Origin: Eledone cirrhosa
Lineage: Eukaryota
Reading direction: 5' to 3'
NCBI GenBank assembly: GCA_964016885.1
Contig: OZ024740.1
Location: 85,932,001 to 85,996,000, forward strand
DNA: 64,000 nucleotides
The notes below the pieces were generated by a model. It saw only the letters and a list, made by a program, of their open reading frames with translations, ran no database searches and was not told the DNA's origin. This document shows, piece after piece, positions 11,739 to 26,339 of the stretch (the first letter of the stretch is position 1; the number at the start of each line of letters is the position of its first letter). A program made the position numbers and the translations under genes.

Positions 11739-14290
11739 GACGCGTGGAACATCGCCGGTAAGATTTTTTGTAAATTTATATACGAAAAACAGAACAAATT
11801 GTTTGAAAAAACATATTATTTTGTAGATTAACACCCAAGTTGAATTGTCAGCTGGGTGGTAATCCCATTTTTCGCCCCTTTAGGGACGAAAATTTAATTT
11901 AAAAATTGTTTTAAAATATCAAATTTTGCAAATTATAAAATATGAATAACACGAAGGGAACGCTGGAGAACGTCAATAGAGAAAACAGAGAGAAAGAGGC
12001 AGATATCAACGTTATATCTGCTTCTGCTACAATGGACGTCGTCATAGATACGACTGTCAACAAAGAGAAAAAAATGTCACCACTCGAAAATTGTACAATT
12101 TCTACCGTCGAAGCGGAGAAAAATAACACTAACTCACATGAAAACACAGAAATTAAACCTATTAACATACATACACATGAAAAAGACATCAACAACTCCA
12201 CAAATACATCTACACATAATGTTTCACCTCGTCAAGGAACTGAGATTTCCAACACCGAGGCTAACAACGATAACAACAACAACAACAACAACAACAAAAA
12301 CAGCAACACCACACAAAAAAAGAAAATGTCTCTCGCTGAAACAGTGAACAAAAAACAAGATTTTATAAATCTTGATATCTCCAATGCAAGAGATATGCTC
12401 CAGCAAGGGAGAAAATTTGTAACTTTCGAAGAGAAAGGTGGGTTTAGAATTAACTCACCCCTTGAAATAAAGGAAGACACAATTCGCAGATCAGTCACCT
12501 TTAGGACTGTGTCAAATTCCACAAGAAAGCCGATATTTGTTAGCCAAGCAGATATAGAAGCTAATTTCAAGGAAATTCTAGCAAATATCGATTTACTCCA
12601 GCGAGGAAAACAGTAAGGAAGTGTTTCCGTACTGTTTAAAAGGGAGGCACACGCCCAAAAACATTCTGTGACACCAATGGTGTCAAAAGCATTCACCTTT
12701 TTCCCTACATACATGGGAAAAAGGACACAAACATAAAAATAAAAAATATACCCCAAACATTAACATCTGGTGGATCTTGGCTGGCTTCGTAGAGCCAGAA
12801 ACTGATATGATTCTTTCGATACGAAAATCTATTCGACAAAGGTGGGCGGGTACTGATTTGGAGATTCTGTTGCAAATGAAACCGGAGAGAATCTCCGAAA
12901 TACCCGAAAGAGTCGTCATCGATGATAACAACAAAATAAACATTTCGGTAGAAGGACGAAAATTTCATTGCTTTCGCTGTGGTAGCACAGCACTCCTAAA
13001 AGCCTCTTGTCCACAAACACACAACAACAACATCATTAAAAAAACACTATTACCAACACCAACACCAAAACAACAACAACCACCACAAGTACAATGACAG
13101 ACGAAACGAGCAACCACGCCAAAACAAACAGACACTCAACCAACAACAACAGAAAAAACAGAGACATCAACCCTGAAGAACCCAGCCCCACCCATCCCAC
13201 TCCTCAAACACTACCACAAACACACACACCGAAACACCACCACCACACAACACACCCCTACCCACACACCTGACAATGATTATTCATCGACGGATGAAGC
13301 TGCTTCTCCTTTAAGTGAAGAAGAGAGAGAACCGCGGAAATCTAAAAAACAAAAAAAAGAGACACCACAAAACCCCCAAAACTCCAATCACCAACACCAA
13401 CACATAACCACAGACACAAACAATACCACAGTGAAACATCCCCCTATCAGCAAAACCAACACCAACACCACCCAAACACAAGCACCCACCATAAAAAGAA
13501 AACTCCCGGACGAACAACAAACTAAAACAACACAACAAAAACACAAACAACAATACGCATACATCAACACAAGCAACAAGAATTTGATGGAGGTCATCTC
13601 CCAAAACCCCAAGGTGGAGATGGAGGGAAAAACCTTCGTCAAGGCAGAATCGTCTCCACACCTTAAACTTATAAGGGTTTCTATGGAAACCTATAATGAC
13701 CTAAAAAATAAATTTTCACAGGACGTGGGCAACCCCTGCCAGAAACCCATCAACCACGTCCTGTTAAAATGTTTCCCCAACCCACCCAACACCCATCGAT
13801 CACCCAAATGGAGATTGAACAACCCGATCTCCAGGAAATGAAAAGGTAAGTGCACCTTTCGCCCTTTTTCTCCAACTCTTCTTCACCAACATGGCTAGTT
13901 TACGAGTTGGAAGCGTGAATGTGGGTGGCCTAGGGATGCCCTGGAAACAGGGCCAACTTTTAAACGGTATGGATGTGATAGCCATCACCGTGTCCAGGAT
14001 CCACAGCAAGCAGCAACTAACCCCCATCTTCGACGACTTTGAGATCTATGCATCTCTCTGTCAGCCAGGAGGTGGGGGTGGAGTGGTTGTCATGTTTCGG
14101 AAGAACCTGGGCGTTGAAGTACAGCAAGTACACTTGGACCCGCAGGGTAGACTGGTAGTCCTAGACGTGAACAGCATTGGAGGTGGAGCCTTCAGACTGG
14201 TGGCCGTTTATGCCCCGACCGGGCAATCGCAATCATGGGCCAGACTTCTTTAAGCGTCCAGAGTCCTTTCTGGGAACGTCTGGCTCCTTA
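11739..14290 (+). mobile_element. Tx1 subfamily B, 5' part (5' UTR, disrupted ORF1 11942-13841, ORF2 start 13891), 3'-truncated
   Basis: Starts GACGCGTG (A1: GACGTGTG). ORF1 homologous to A1 (FRTVSNSTRKP, FFPTYMG); APE N-terminus. Breaks off at Helitron sequence. Confidence 0.88.
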
Positions 14291-14577
14291 TTAACGAAAG
14301 CTTATCAATTAAGTGCATAAAGCAGTTGAACCGGTTATTAAAAGTTACGAACCAATTAGCATTTTGGACAATCAATGATGGGTTAATAATCTTCCATAGC
14401 GAATTTAGTAGACCAAAGCTGCAAGATGGTGGCCCTGATGCCGCTAGGTGTCATATCTGGCCGCCATGGGTGACCCTACCAGTTTTCCAGACGGCATAGC
14501 TCCAACACATCCAACACCTGCAGCAACATCTATAGCACCTCTTTGTAGACGATATTGCGTGTCATCCCCTGAGGAGT

Positions 14578-17352
14578 TTAAGCAAAAAGTCCATTCCTGC
14601 TCCCTACGCGGGAACAGGCAACATAAAGTTGGCCATGGGAGAAGCATGGCTCCACCAAATGGATGCCAGCCACCGACAATGATTGCCCTTGTGACTTGTT
14701 AATGGACATGGCAAAACATGATCTCACCGGGAATTGGGATCGCCGGAAATCGAACGGGATATCTGACGCCGAGGGGAAAAAGTTCATCCTTGGAATGAAA
14801 ACATTCTCCTCTCTCCCGCACCCCGTTACAATGGTGGCCTCAATAGAGTGGGGCGTCAGTGACTTGACAACCATGCGAGTACAGTTGCACAGCTTTGGTG
14901 GACGCAATTTCCTTATTAGCATAATGGGACAGCCAACCCTAAGCTTAAGAATGTGAGGTGGGAGCCCTGGGGGCTCAAGGGAATTTAATAACTCAACCGG
15001 ATAATTAACGATATCGTCGGGGTCTGACGTCCGGTCGATAGATTTGAAGATGTGCTCTTTACCGGGAATCTTCTCAATCAGCTGCTCGTTAACAAAATTA
15101 ACCATGGTATTTTTCGGAGCAAGGATGGCTCTTTCGCTGAGCCAAACGAGGTTTTTAAAGTTAGATGAGACATTAGGAAAAACTGCTTCCCAAAGGTCAG
15201 ATGGGCTGCTCACAATGTTACACAGGGAGTCGATTGCTATGCCGCCATTGTCATTCGCAGGGACCTTGCCCTCACCAAGTGCTAAAATGTTCTGAGAAAA
15301 TGCTGCAGACATGTTGTCACCATGCAAATGAGCACGCATATTTGTGCTCAGGTACAAAATCTTCACTTGGATCCACAACATGGACGATTTAAGGCAGGCA
15401 CGCACTTCAGTTCTTGTTCCTTTGGGGATGACAGGCAGCGTTTGCCGAAAATCCCCTGATAGCAGAAGGGTTACACCACCCATAGGAGCCGTAGAATCCC
15501 TAATGTCTTTCAGGGTCCTGTCCAATGCCTCAAGGGCATCCTTGTGTGCCATTGTGCACTCATCCCAAACAATGAGGCAACATTTTTTTAGAACCAGAGC
15601 TTCGTGTGAACTCTTGCTGATATTGCATGTTGGTCTCTCAGTTTTTACTAAATCCAAGGTGAGTTTAAAGGTTGAATGTGCTGTCCTGCCCCCCGGCAGC
15701 AAAGTAGCAGCGATCCCGGACGATGCAACGGCCAACGCAAATTTTTTCTCCTGACGAATCTTAGCGAGAATCAATTTCGTTACAAAAGTTTTTCCGGTAC
15801 CCCAGGAGCATCGATAAAGTAAATACCCCCAGTCTGATTTTGAATCGCGTCAATGATAGTTAAATAGGCCAACCTTTGGTCCGACAGAAGTTTGGGATCA
15901 TTTTCCTCTAAGTATTGGGAAAGAGATTCGATGTCATATGCGGTTTCCCGCAACACATCCGGGGCCAACGTATTAGCTTCTTCTCTGGCGGTTGACGGCA
16001 AGCCATACGTCGCCAACTCACTCCCACCCATGTCGAGGAGGGCGTCCTCGATATCAATGAGTGCCTTGTTGTAGATAATGTCGCTGTAACCAACTTCCAC
16101 TGAAGTACACTGCAGATGAGCCAGGCCCAGGAAGTCCTCAGACATGAAGTCTCTGTACTTGACCCATAAAGATTTGGGATCACCCAATTCACACGTTTGA
16201 AGCAAAATGGCAAAGAGTTCCCGTAGACCTTTAGGTGATTTCAACAAAGTGGAATCCCATTGCGAATCATCTGTCAAAAGACCACGCTTAAAGTAGGCTT
16301 CCCGGTATTTATCACATATTTCTCCATCAACAGTTTTGAGGTTCTGAAAACTTTGTGGGCCTACAACTTCATGCAGAAGAAGGCGGAGATGAAAGCACTC
16401 ATGCTGACTTGGGGGCTCAGTGTAAACCCTTCCAAGACAGCTGTCAAACTTTACACCAGGATGTCTTTCAACAGCCTGACCTGACTTTCATCGCACCCAA
16501 GTGTTTTTCGACTATATAAAGTAGGATGGAACCTGGGGGCACACAATTGTTTGCGCAAATGGATCGAACTGGCAAAGTTTGAAGAAACCCGTCAGAGTGG
16601 CCTCTTTCGGATTGGCGGCTAACTTGGTGGCGGTTTGGTCTGTAAAGTAAACCCTTTGCCCATTTTCCAAATGTACCGCAAGCTGTACGATGGCGGGGTG
16701 CCGTTGGTGTAGGGGTAAACCAAAAAGTTTCATTGCTAGTGATATACCACCCCGCCAGGTATTCTGAGACCTCGTCCCTTCTATTTTCAGCTTGAAATGC
16801 GAACATTGCGGCATCAGAGCCCTTATTTACATATTGGCATATGTATTTTATCGACTTGACGGAGTTGCAAAACTCAACGTTGATGTGGGCGTTGAACATC
16901 TTCAAGAGAAGCGGGCCGTTCTCGGGCCCTCTCCGCCTGTACAGGGGGTACCCGTCGCCACCAGTCTGAGTCTGGTCAACAAATGTTTTGGGGTATCCCT
17001 TTCAGACACGTGTGATGCTCATTAGGACCCGACGCACACGGACCATGTTAGCTTTGACGATGTCATGTAATTCCTGGTCAGTTGCTGGGTTAGGGATTTC
17101 AGCCAAAATGAAACTGTCTATGGCATTTGAATTGATTTTATCAGCTAACCAAATCAAAATGTGAGCATGTGGCAGCCCTCGTTTTTGCCATTCGACGGTG
17201 AACATGTCACATTTTACAGCCCCAAATACCTGACCCTTTATGATTAAAGCCATGAGTTTAGCCAGTTTCAGTTTGAACACTCTGGCAATGAGGTCATATC
17301 TGTTCGAATAATTTTGCCCAGGAAAAAGTTCACGGGTTACATTCCGATTCAT
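14578..17352 (-). pseudogene. Helitron RepHel (HUH endonuclease plus Pif1-family helicase), fragmented
   Basis: VEWQKRGLPHAHILIW, KYICQYVNKG, frameshifted DAPG-GTGKT, DECTM, GDFRQ, FAMSINKSQGQS, HGQLYVACSRV. Confidence 0.92.
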
Positions 17353-17360
17353 ATGTCTAT

Positions 17361-17578
17361 AGCGTTCCGTATTGAGCGTTCCGTACTGACATACGGCTTA
17401 TCTGGGGCATTTTCAATCGGCTTATTGCAAATAACAACCCGCAAAATAACACTTCATATAACAGATTATATGATCTGTTATATGAAGTGTTATTTTGCGG
17501 GTTGTTATTTGCAATAAGCCGATTGAAAATGCCCCAGATAAGCCGTATGTCAGTACGGAACGCTCAATACGGAACGCT
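17361..17578. repeat. 218-bp near-perfect palindrome
   Basis: Arms are exact reverse complements; single mismatch near the centre (17467/17472). Confidence 0.95.
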
Positions 17579-17971
17579 CCACTGCAATGTTGTCATATAG
17601 GGAGGGAAGAGCGACAGAGAGAGTAAAGCAGTTAAATTATAGAGAGAGGGAATATACGGAACGCTCCATTTGATCATAAACATTGTTTCTCTCTCTGCAG
17701 TGTTGTCATATGGGGAGTGAAGAGCGACAGTGAGAGTAAAGCAGTTAAATTATAGAGAGGGGGAGTGATCATGATCGATTTTTGCCCTTATTGTTGATGG
17801 ATTTGAATTTTTTTTGCTTCATGACCTCTTCCTGACCAAAAGCAATAATTCTTCCGACTTCGAATAGAATCCGTTGGAAATTGTGGACGTGCATACGTTA
17901 CAAACCTTAATACACACATCCTCAGCTTTATATATATAGATATATATCTGCCATATACATAAATACACACA

Positions 17972-18035
<64 letters not shown>

Positions 18036-18302
18036 GCTTGTGTATTTATGTATTTGGCGGATGATTTATTTATTTCAGAGGTAAATCTGAAGTTGATGAC
18101 ATAATTATAGCAATACAACCCTGAAGTAGTAGTGTCATAACATGTTTGATTAAACATTTTGAAGAAGCAGAAGGTTTTCATAAATGCTACTCAGATAAAG
18201 GATCTACAGTTGATGGGAATACAATTGTTGTCAGAAAATCATTTGAAATGCTTACATATTGAAAATCCATTGTTTTCTTCTTATTCTCATTCCATGTTTA
18301 AG

Positions 18303-18403
<101 letters not shown>

Positions 18404-19129
18404 CACCTCATCAGTTTCATTTGACACATGGATTTAAACATCAAGCGTTGCAAGGATTTTGTATAATTTTGATTAGAAAATCGCAGTGAAAAGAGGATCA
18501 CACAAACAAAGAATCAAACAAACAAACAAAAAAATAGGAATATTTATGAAAGAAATCATAATTGAAAATATATGATTTGAAATCAACGATGCTGTTAAAA
18601 ATAGAGAATACTCTGTAGAAACCGTAACTATGGTAGGAATTGAGGGATAGTTGTGTTTAGATTTCACTGTCAGAAACTGATTTAGTTCTGGGTTGTTTTA
18701 ATCTGGACATGGGTTGTAGAGTCAACTTGGTCCTTACACGCAACTCAATATAGGTCGTAGTACCATAAACTGAACACGGATCGTAAACCAAAATCTAACA
18801 TAGAAGGAAAATGTTATAATAAACAGTCTGAAAATTACATTTTCTTGCCTTCCTATAATATATCTCGTATGTAGATAATTGTTTTCATAAATTGATTTCA
18901 GTTGATTTGTTTAGTTTGTTGTGAGCAGCAAAATAAAGAATTTGGCTAACACTGCATCATCATCATCATAATCATCATCATCAGTCACATCAGCATTACC
19001 ACCACCACCATGCCGCCACTCCCTCCATCGCCACAACTACCTCCACTATCACCGGTACCACCACAACCACCCATCACCACCACCACCACATGTACCATCA
19101 TCACCACCACCATTACTATGTATTGTTTG

Positions 19130-19640
19130 GTCCCTGCAGGTGGAATAGCATAGCTCCCTATCTCGGTCTTTCTTGTGTTGTCCTTATGCATTCAATGTAT
19201 TTTAAATCTATCCATTACTTGATATTATTCATTCATGCTTGCTTCTTGGTTTTCCTCTTATAATAATAATGTATTTTTCTTAGTTTTTACTATTGTTAGT
19301 ACTACATCATTGCTGTTGTGTTCTGGCCATGATATTCTTAAATGTCTCCCATTTGTTCACATCTCAAAGGCTTCTTCTAATCTATTTGATAATACTTTTT
19401 TGTTAATGTCCATGTTTCATTTCCACATAGTAGAGTGGACCATGCTTTAATAATTTTTTTCTGGTTTTGATATTAATGCTTCTTGATATTAGTAAGTTTG
19501 TCATTTTTTCTAATGGCTTTTTCTAGCTATCTCACTCCTTCTTTTGATTTCTGCTTCACATTTCCCGTTTTCTGATTACATATGTCCCAATTTATATTAT
19601 CTTTAGTGAATGTTCAGTGGTTTTCCTTCAAATGTATTTA
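19130..19640 (-). mobile_element. Decayed RTE-type LINE 3' fragment
   Basis: Minus strand reads WSTLLCGNETWT..EAFEM..LRISW, typical of the region after RT in RTE elements. Confidence 0.55.
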
Positions 19641-19801
19641 TATTTTAGGTGACTATTGTTTCTTACTGATTACGATTGATTTTGTTATATTTTATATTCA
19701 CTTTCATTTCATAGGAAGTTATTTTGTTATTTACTGTAGCTACAAGGTTCTGTAATACACATGCACACACACACACACACACACACATACGCGCGCGAGA
19801 G

Positions 19802-19840
<39 letters not shown>

Positions 19841-19894
19841 TCATATATGTGTGTGTATATATATATATATGTACATATAAATATATAGGTATAT

Positions 19895-19970
<76 letters not shown>

Positions 19971-20245
19971 GTATGTATGTATATATCATCAGTATTTGTG
20001 TGTGTTATATTTAATAATCATAGTATTTACGTCATGACATTAATTCAGGCTGATATCTGGATGGCTGCCACTAAGAGTGTAAACGAGGATATTTAATGGA
20101 TATGAAACGAAAACTACTTACGTATAAAACCATAGAAACGCATAAATTATAAGTATGTGTAGATTTGTATGCAAATATATGTAGAGAAGGGAAGAGTAGA
20201 CAGAGAAATATATAAATAGATAAACGCACACATATACAGACACAC

Positions 20246-20347
<102 letters not shown>

Positions 20348-20423
20348 TAATGCATCAGTAATTAATATGCGTGTGTATATGTATGTATTTGTATTTTGCT
20401 TTTCCGTTATTTCATTGATATTT

Positions 20424-20473
<50 letters not shown>

Positions 20474-20476
20474 ATT

Positions 20477-20599
20477 ATTCAAATCTGCGGAGGTTAACTT
20501 TGCCTTTCATCCTTCCGGGGTCGATCGAATAAAGTACCAGTAATGCATTGGGTAATTGCTGGCCTTGTGCCAAAAGTAGAAACAATTATTATTATTATT
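20477..20599 (+). mobile_element. 5'-truncated SINE with (ATT)n tail
   Basis: Core AACTTTGCCTTTCATCC, 3' GCTGGCCTTGTGCCAAAAGTAGAAAC(ATT)n. Confidence 0.8.
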
Positions 20600-20600
20600 G

Positions 20601-23600
20601 GCGACCTACGTAGTAAATCGTATCATCGTGAGCTCCGTAAAGGTTTGTTATTTTCAGTTGTTCAAAATTGCCATTCATGGAAAATTTTATTGTTAACTGT
20701 ATATAAGTGCACATACATTGTTATCTGAAAAGGACACCCAAAAAGATTGAGCCCAAAATTTAAACTTTTATAATTATCAAACAAAAATTTTTCTTTGAAA
20801 CATCATGGCTGACTCAGGGTCACTCCTCTCTCACAAACTAACACCCCACACCGACACCACCATTGTAAATATTATTACGTTTGCCAACACTAAAAATATA
20901 AGCAGTAGCAATATTTTAAATTTGTCTCAAGCAGACATTCATTTCCCGCACTTACCAATGACTACAGGTGTTAAAGCCGCCACCACCACCACCACCACCG
21001 CAACAACAGAAACAAAAGAAAAAAATAAATTAACTCGTGATATCGAAATGAATTCAACCAAAATGAACTCTTCCACACCGAACACCACTGACGCCACCAC
21101 CACCACAACTGAAACTAAAATTAATAATAACAAAAATAACGATAACAACAACAGCAACAATGACATTAAGAAAACCACCCTGAGTTTTGCCAGAGTAGCA
21201 AAAGAGTGCGAAGCATTCAGGTAACTCATGAGGAATTAGAAGAAGCCAAAAAAATGGTAAAGAAAGAGGGGTACAGGGTCAGCCTCACCCCCACAGACAC
21301 CTAATAAAATAGAGCATCGGCGCCTATGCACCGTGTCTTATCGAACAATTAATATAAAATCGCGCCGAGTGGAACAGGCATCCGAGTCCCAAATCCAAAA
21401 AGCTTTGAGACATGTGTGGGCAATGAAAACCCACATCAGACGTGGGCAGAAGTTTGGAACCGTGGACGTGTTCTTTGAAACACCACAGGAGGCTAGAGAA
21501 CACTCCATGGCCCCATTAAGAAGTGACGACTTCACACTCGTCCCAAGCTATTGTGGCCAGAGACTCGTAAAGATCACGGTCACCCACGTTCCACCGGCCA
21601 TCGAAATTCCCTGGCTAATAGCTGCCGTCCTCGCCGGCATCGAAGCCAACACCAAGATAATCGAAATAGCGAAATAAAAGCAGGAGAACTGGTCCGGATC
21701 TGGGATGGAGCTCCTGATCCAAGCGAACCAAAAAAGCATTGAGGAGATCCCAGAGGTAATAGACCTCACTGACGGCAGCCACCTCACCGTAATTGTCGAG
21801 GGCAGAAGGCCTAGATGTGTCGTTTGTGGTGAAGGAACCCACCTAAGGGCTTTCTGCCCTCAGGCTAAAAGGTTGAGGCCACCTCTCCTACCCACCCCAG
21901 TGACTCAACCATCAACACCACCAGCAGCAGAGATGGCAGCAACAACTGTAGCAGCAACAACAGAAGCAACTGTAACAGCAACAAATCCAGCAACAGTAGC
22001 AAAACCAACACCACCACCACCCAACGCGCCAGAACTAGCACCAGCGCCTACACCATCCACCACGCCACAACCAAAACTAACGCCTGTGGAGGATTTTCCA
22101 CTCCCCGGCCTATCACAACTGGAGACAAATTGTGACGACGAAGAGTGGGAAACGGTATCAGGAAAAAAGAAAAAAAGAAACCAAAAAAGAAAAAAATTCT
22201 CTTCCTTCCCCCTCCCAAAACAAAATACAGAGGGAAACAAATAAACTATCAAACAAAAAAGTTAGGGCAGATATGCCACCATCCACACCAGCATAACCAA
22301 CCCCATCACCCCAAACACCAACACCATCACCATCATTAACCCCAACACAACCATCACCTACACCACAAAAGTCACCAAAATGCGAAACAGAAACAAACCC
22401 ACAACAAACGCAAACAAAACAAAACAACCAAAACGATACACACTATACAGCATTAAATTTGAACAACAACCAATTATTACACTACATCCAATACAACACC
22501 AGCATCACCGAAAAAGACTACACAACAACCCAAAAGTTCACACCACCTCCACACATACAAATCACTCGCATCACACAGAAAACGTACATGACACTAAAAC
22601 AAAACTTCCCCAAAGACATCGGAGACTTCCGATAAGCACTCTCCAGGAGGATTTATCAGGACATCCTTCCTGAGGAGGCCACAAGCAGTGAAAAGGATGG
22701 AGAAACTGTCCTTCCTCTACGAGAAGTAAGGTAAGTGGCCTTTCCCATCTTTTCTACTCCAGTTCAACATGACCTCACTCATAATAGGCAGCATAAATGC
22801 GCGTGGCTTTGGGGTCGTCATGGAAGCAGGGCCACCTGCTCAACGACCTCAGGTCACTAAACATAGATGTAGTGGCCATCAGCGAGACCAGAATCTCCGA
22901 AGCACGGGCCTTCGCACCGATCTTCGGCGGCTACGATGTGTACGCATCTCCCAGCCGTCCGGGATCGGGGGTGGAGTTGATGTGCTTTTTCGGAGAGGTT
23001 TGGTTCTTGTCATACGGGCTATCTTCCTGGACCCAGAAGGTAAGTTGGTGGTGCTGGACCGGACCAACGGAGACGGGCAAGCTTTCAGGTTAGTAGCCGT
23101 CTATGCCCCGACAGGAGCAGGGCGGTCTGATTTCTTCCGGCGTCTGGAGACCTTTCTTGGAACGTCCCGCTCTTTAGTGTTAGTGGGCGACTGGAACGGT
23201 ATCTTAGATGCACACTGGGACTGTGTGGGATTAGTGGATAGGGGAGGGGGTGCAAGAGTCTCACGAACCTGCTCAGACGTTTTGAACTGTCTGACAGGTA
23301 CCGATTAGATTTCCCGAATGTGCCAATGTGGACTTGGACAAATCGCATAGGGTCATCAAGATCATATCTAGATAGAGTATTTTGTAGGGAAATAGATAGG
23401 TCTAGCATAGGCTGTCCACAATTCAAGATAGTCAGCTACACGGACCATAAATTCGTGATCTGTGTGCTTGACTTAGATAGGCTTCATAGACGAGGACCCG
23501 GCTACTGGAAGCTAAACGCGTCCTTACCAGCGCGCAAGGCCTACAGAGACCGGATTAGCGAACTAGTTAAGCGGACGTTGACGGGGGCCATCGTCAACAA

Positions 23601-26069
23601 CAAGAGGTGGTGTGCTCTGAAAAGAGCAATTAGAATAGAGTCCATTAGGTTTAGTAAGGCTTTAGCAAGAGAGAAAAATAGAGCAGAGGGAAAATTAGTT
23701 AGAAAATTAGACGAGGTTCTTAGACGAAAAGCCGATAACAGCCGCTGAAGTACGGGAGGCAATGACTGGCTGCACAAGGGGTAAATCGCCTGGTTTGGAT
23801 GGTCTGCCCTATGAACTTTACGTACAGATGCCAGACTTGTTCGGAGGCCTCTTGGCGGACGTCTACTGCAACTGGCAACAGAACGGGAGAATTCCCAGCT
23901 CTGTGAGCCGAGGAGCTGTGGCGCTGCTGAGAAAGTATCCGAACAAGGGGGATAACATAGATACTTTCAGGCCCATAACCCTGCTAAACACAGAGTTCAA
24001 GATTTTGGCCAAGGTGCTAGCAAAGAGGTTGGCGCTTGTCATTGCTGGTCTGGTGGGAGAGGCGCAGATGTGCGCCATTCCCGACAGATCCATCCACGAC
24101 AACCTCCACCTCATGCGATACATCGTAGAGAGGGTAGCTAGGGAACCTGACACGGGTGGGTCCTTGATCAATTTAGATCAGTCTAAAGCTTTCGATAGGG
24201 TCGACCATCGTTACCTAGCGGCATTCCTGAGAGCGGCTGGCTTTGGGCCCGTCTTCAGAGGCTGGATCGCCGCCATGCACAGCGACATCTGCTCTGTGGT
24301 GAGAGTGAACGGTCACCTTTCGGAACCGTTCAACATCATACGCTCGGTCCGCCAAGGATGTTCCCTCTTGTCCCTCTTGTTGACTCTCGAGCCATTACTG
24401 CACAAACTGGAGACGTTGAGGGGGGGGTCCCGCGCGAACTAGGATGCGGAGGATCTATGTCAGCATATGCGAACGATGTCACCGTAGTGGTGTCGAACGC
24501 CAAACACATCGAGGCGATCGGCACTACACTAAGAGAATACGAAGCGGTGACAGGAGCAATGATCAACCAGGAAAAGTCAGTGGGCCTGCAGCTCGGCACC
24601 TGGAGAGGTAGGTCCATGCTGTCCAACAGCGTCGTCGGGCGCTGGACGGACGGACCGGTTAAATTGCTAGGGGTCTGGTTCGGTCCGGACCTCCAGACGG
24701 ACAAAAATTGGGACGAGGTGACGACCAGGGTGGCTTCTCTAACCCAGAAATGGGCGGAGAGGAAGCTATCCCTGAAAGGTCGAGCGGAGGTGGCTAACGG
24801 GTACATCGTGTCCGTCATCTACTACCGCCTGACCGCCGTACCTTGTCCTAAGCCCCGCCTGACTGCGCTGGAGTGTTTGCTCTTTCCCTTTTTGTGGAAG
24901 GGACGCGCTCCGATGGTCAGGCGGTTCATCTGCTGTCAACACCCGCTACGTGGAGGGCTGAGCTGCCGTGGATGATGATGCGCAGACACGCTCTCAGGCT
25001 ACGACATCTCCACCTCTTCCTTGACGGTGATCAGGTGTGGTCGCCGTTTGCTAGACACGTCTTTCCCCAGCTCGTCTCCTTGACGGAGCTGAAGTCCTGG
25101 GTCAAGCGAAGACCGAGAGGGAGCGCTTGGAGACTGGAATGTCTTCAGGCGCTCACAGCCCTCGACCAATCGGGCAATGTGATCGGTGGAAACTCAACCT
25201 TGGCGTTCTATAGAGGATTAGGGGAGGGGAAGAGCGACGGCGTACTTGGAGAAACTCTAGGCGTCGACGAAAATTAACTAGCCAATCTCTTCGGAAGGAC
25301 TTTCGGGCCGGGGCCTATGGACAACTTCCAGAAATCCCTGGCCTGGCAGTGCTACCGAGGAGCTTTGCCAGTTCGGGATAAACTCTACAGGCATGGAGGT
25401 GCCATCAGCCAGGCATGTCCGAGATGCGCGCAGGGCGACGAAACCGTCCTGCACGCACTCGTCCAGTATCCGAGCATTGCTGACTTGTGGGTTTATGTCG
25501 AACACCTGCTGTCACGTGTAGGGCGGATCCAGCTATCAGCTGAGTCCATCGTGAGGATTTCCCCGCCCTCTTCATTTAGCCGGGAAGGGCAGGAAGTTTT
25601 TATCTGTCTGGTGGCCATGGCGAAAGAGATAGTATGGTGGACACGTTTGAAAGGGCTGAAGACGAGCACTTACCTCTTCGGTGATGCCCTGATTAACTTT
25701 TTCAAATTTCATTTGAAAAGGAAAATCAGGGTAGAGAGGGAAGTGCTCTCTTCCCAGCATTTTGTTGAAAGATGGGTGAGATAAGCAAGTATGGCCCGAG
25801 TGAATGGGCCTACTCTGAGTATGTGTCTATACATTAAAGGTGGAAAACTGGGAGAGGGCACTTGCCCTGGTGGTCAGGGTCACTGTGGCCTTTTAATGGG
25901 CTTTCTCCAAAAATGTCCCTCGGAAGTCTCCCCCCTATTGGGGAATTTTTCATTGTTATTTTTTTTATTACATCCTCTGTTTTTTTTACACGCCATTTGT
26001 ACCGTCCTGTATTGTCCTGTACTGTCCTTAATGTCTACTTTATGTAAACCCTTGTGGTTAATAAAGAAA

Positions 26070-26071
<2 letters not shown>
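20601..26071 (+). mobile_element. Tx1-clade LINE, family C, near full length and inactivated
   Basis: ORF1 from 20805 with CVVCGEGTHLRAFC; ORF2 from 22769 (APE, RT, CPRC..H); ends TGTGGTTAATAAAGAAATC; (ATT)nG on both sides. Confidence 0.9.
22769..25830 (+). pseudogene. Tx1 family C ORF2 (APE-RT), frameshifted, with a linker deletion near 23722
   Basis: INARG, GDWN, TDH, FRPITLLN, DQSKAFDRV, RQGC, YAND. Confidence 0.88.
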
Positions 26072-26101
<30 letters not shown>

Positions 26102-26158
26102 GAGATCCAAAGGAGTAGTATTAAATTCCTTCATATGTCAGCAGTCCTTTGTATTAAT

Positions 26159-26339
26159 TGTTTCTACTTTTGGCACAAGGCCAGCAATTACCCAGTGTAT
26201 TACTAGTACTTTATTTTATCGACCCCGTAAGGATGAAAGGCAAAGTCAACCTCGGCGGGATTTGAACTCAGAATGGCAAGGGCCGTAACTCTATGCGTCA
26301 AAGCATGGCGTCCGACCCTCTACCGATACTGCCAATCCA
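26159..26339 (-). mobile_element. Full tRNA-derived SINE with 20-bp target-site duplication
   Basis: A/B-box head and shared core. TSD CAGCAGTCCTTTRTATTAAT at 26139-26158 and 26340-26359. Confidence 0.88.

Larger units (their letters stand above)
14291..17940 (-). mobile_element. Internally deleted autonomous Helitron
   Basis: Minus-strand 5' end A|TCTATATATATAAAGCTGAG at 17940; Rep and Pif1 helicase coding. 3' CTAG/hairpin not clearly seen, so left boundary is approximate. Confidence 0.82.

Noticed and set aside
14578-15774. Host PIF1 helicase gene
   Set aside because: Intronless, frameshifted and linked to Helitron Rep HUH motifs and a Helitron 5' end
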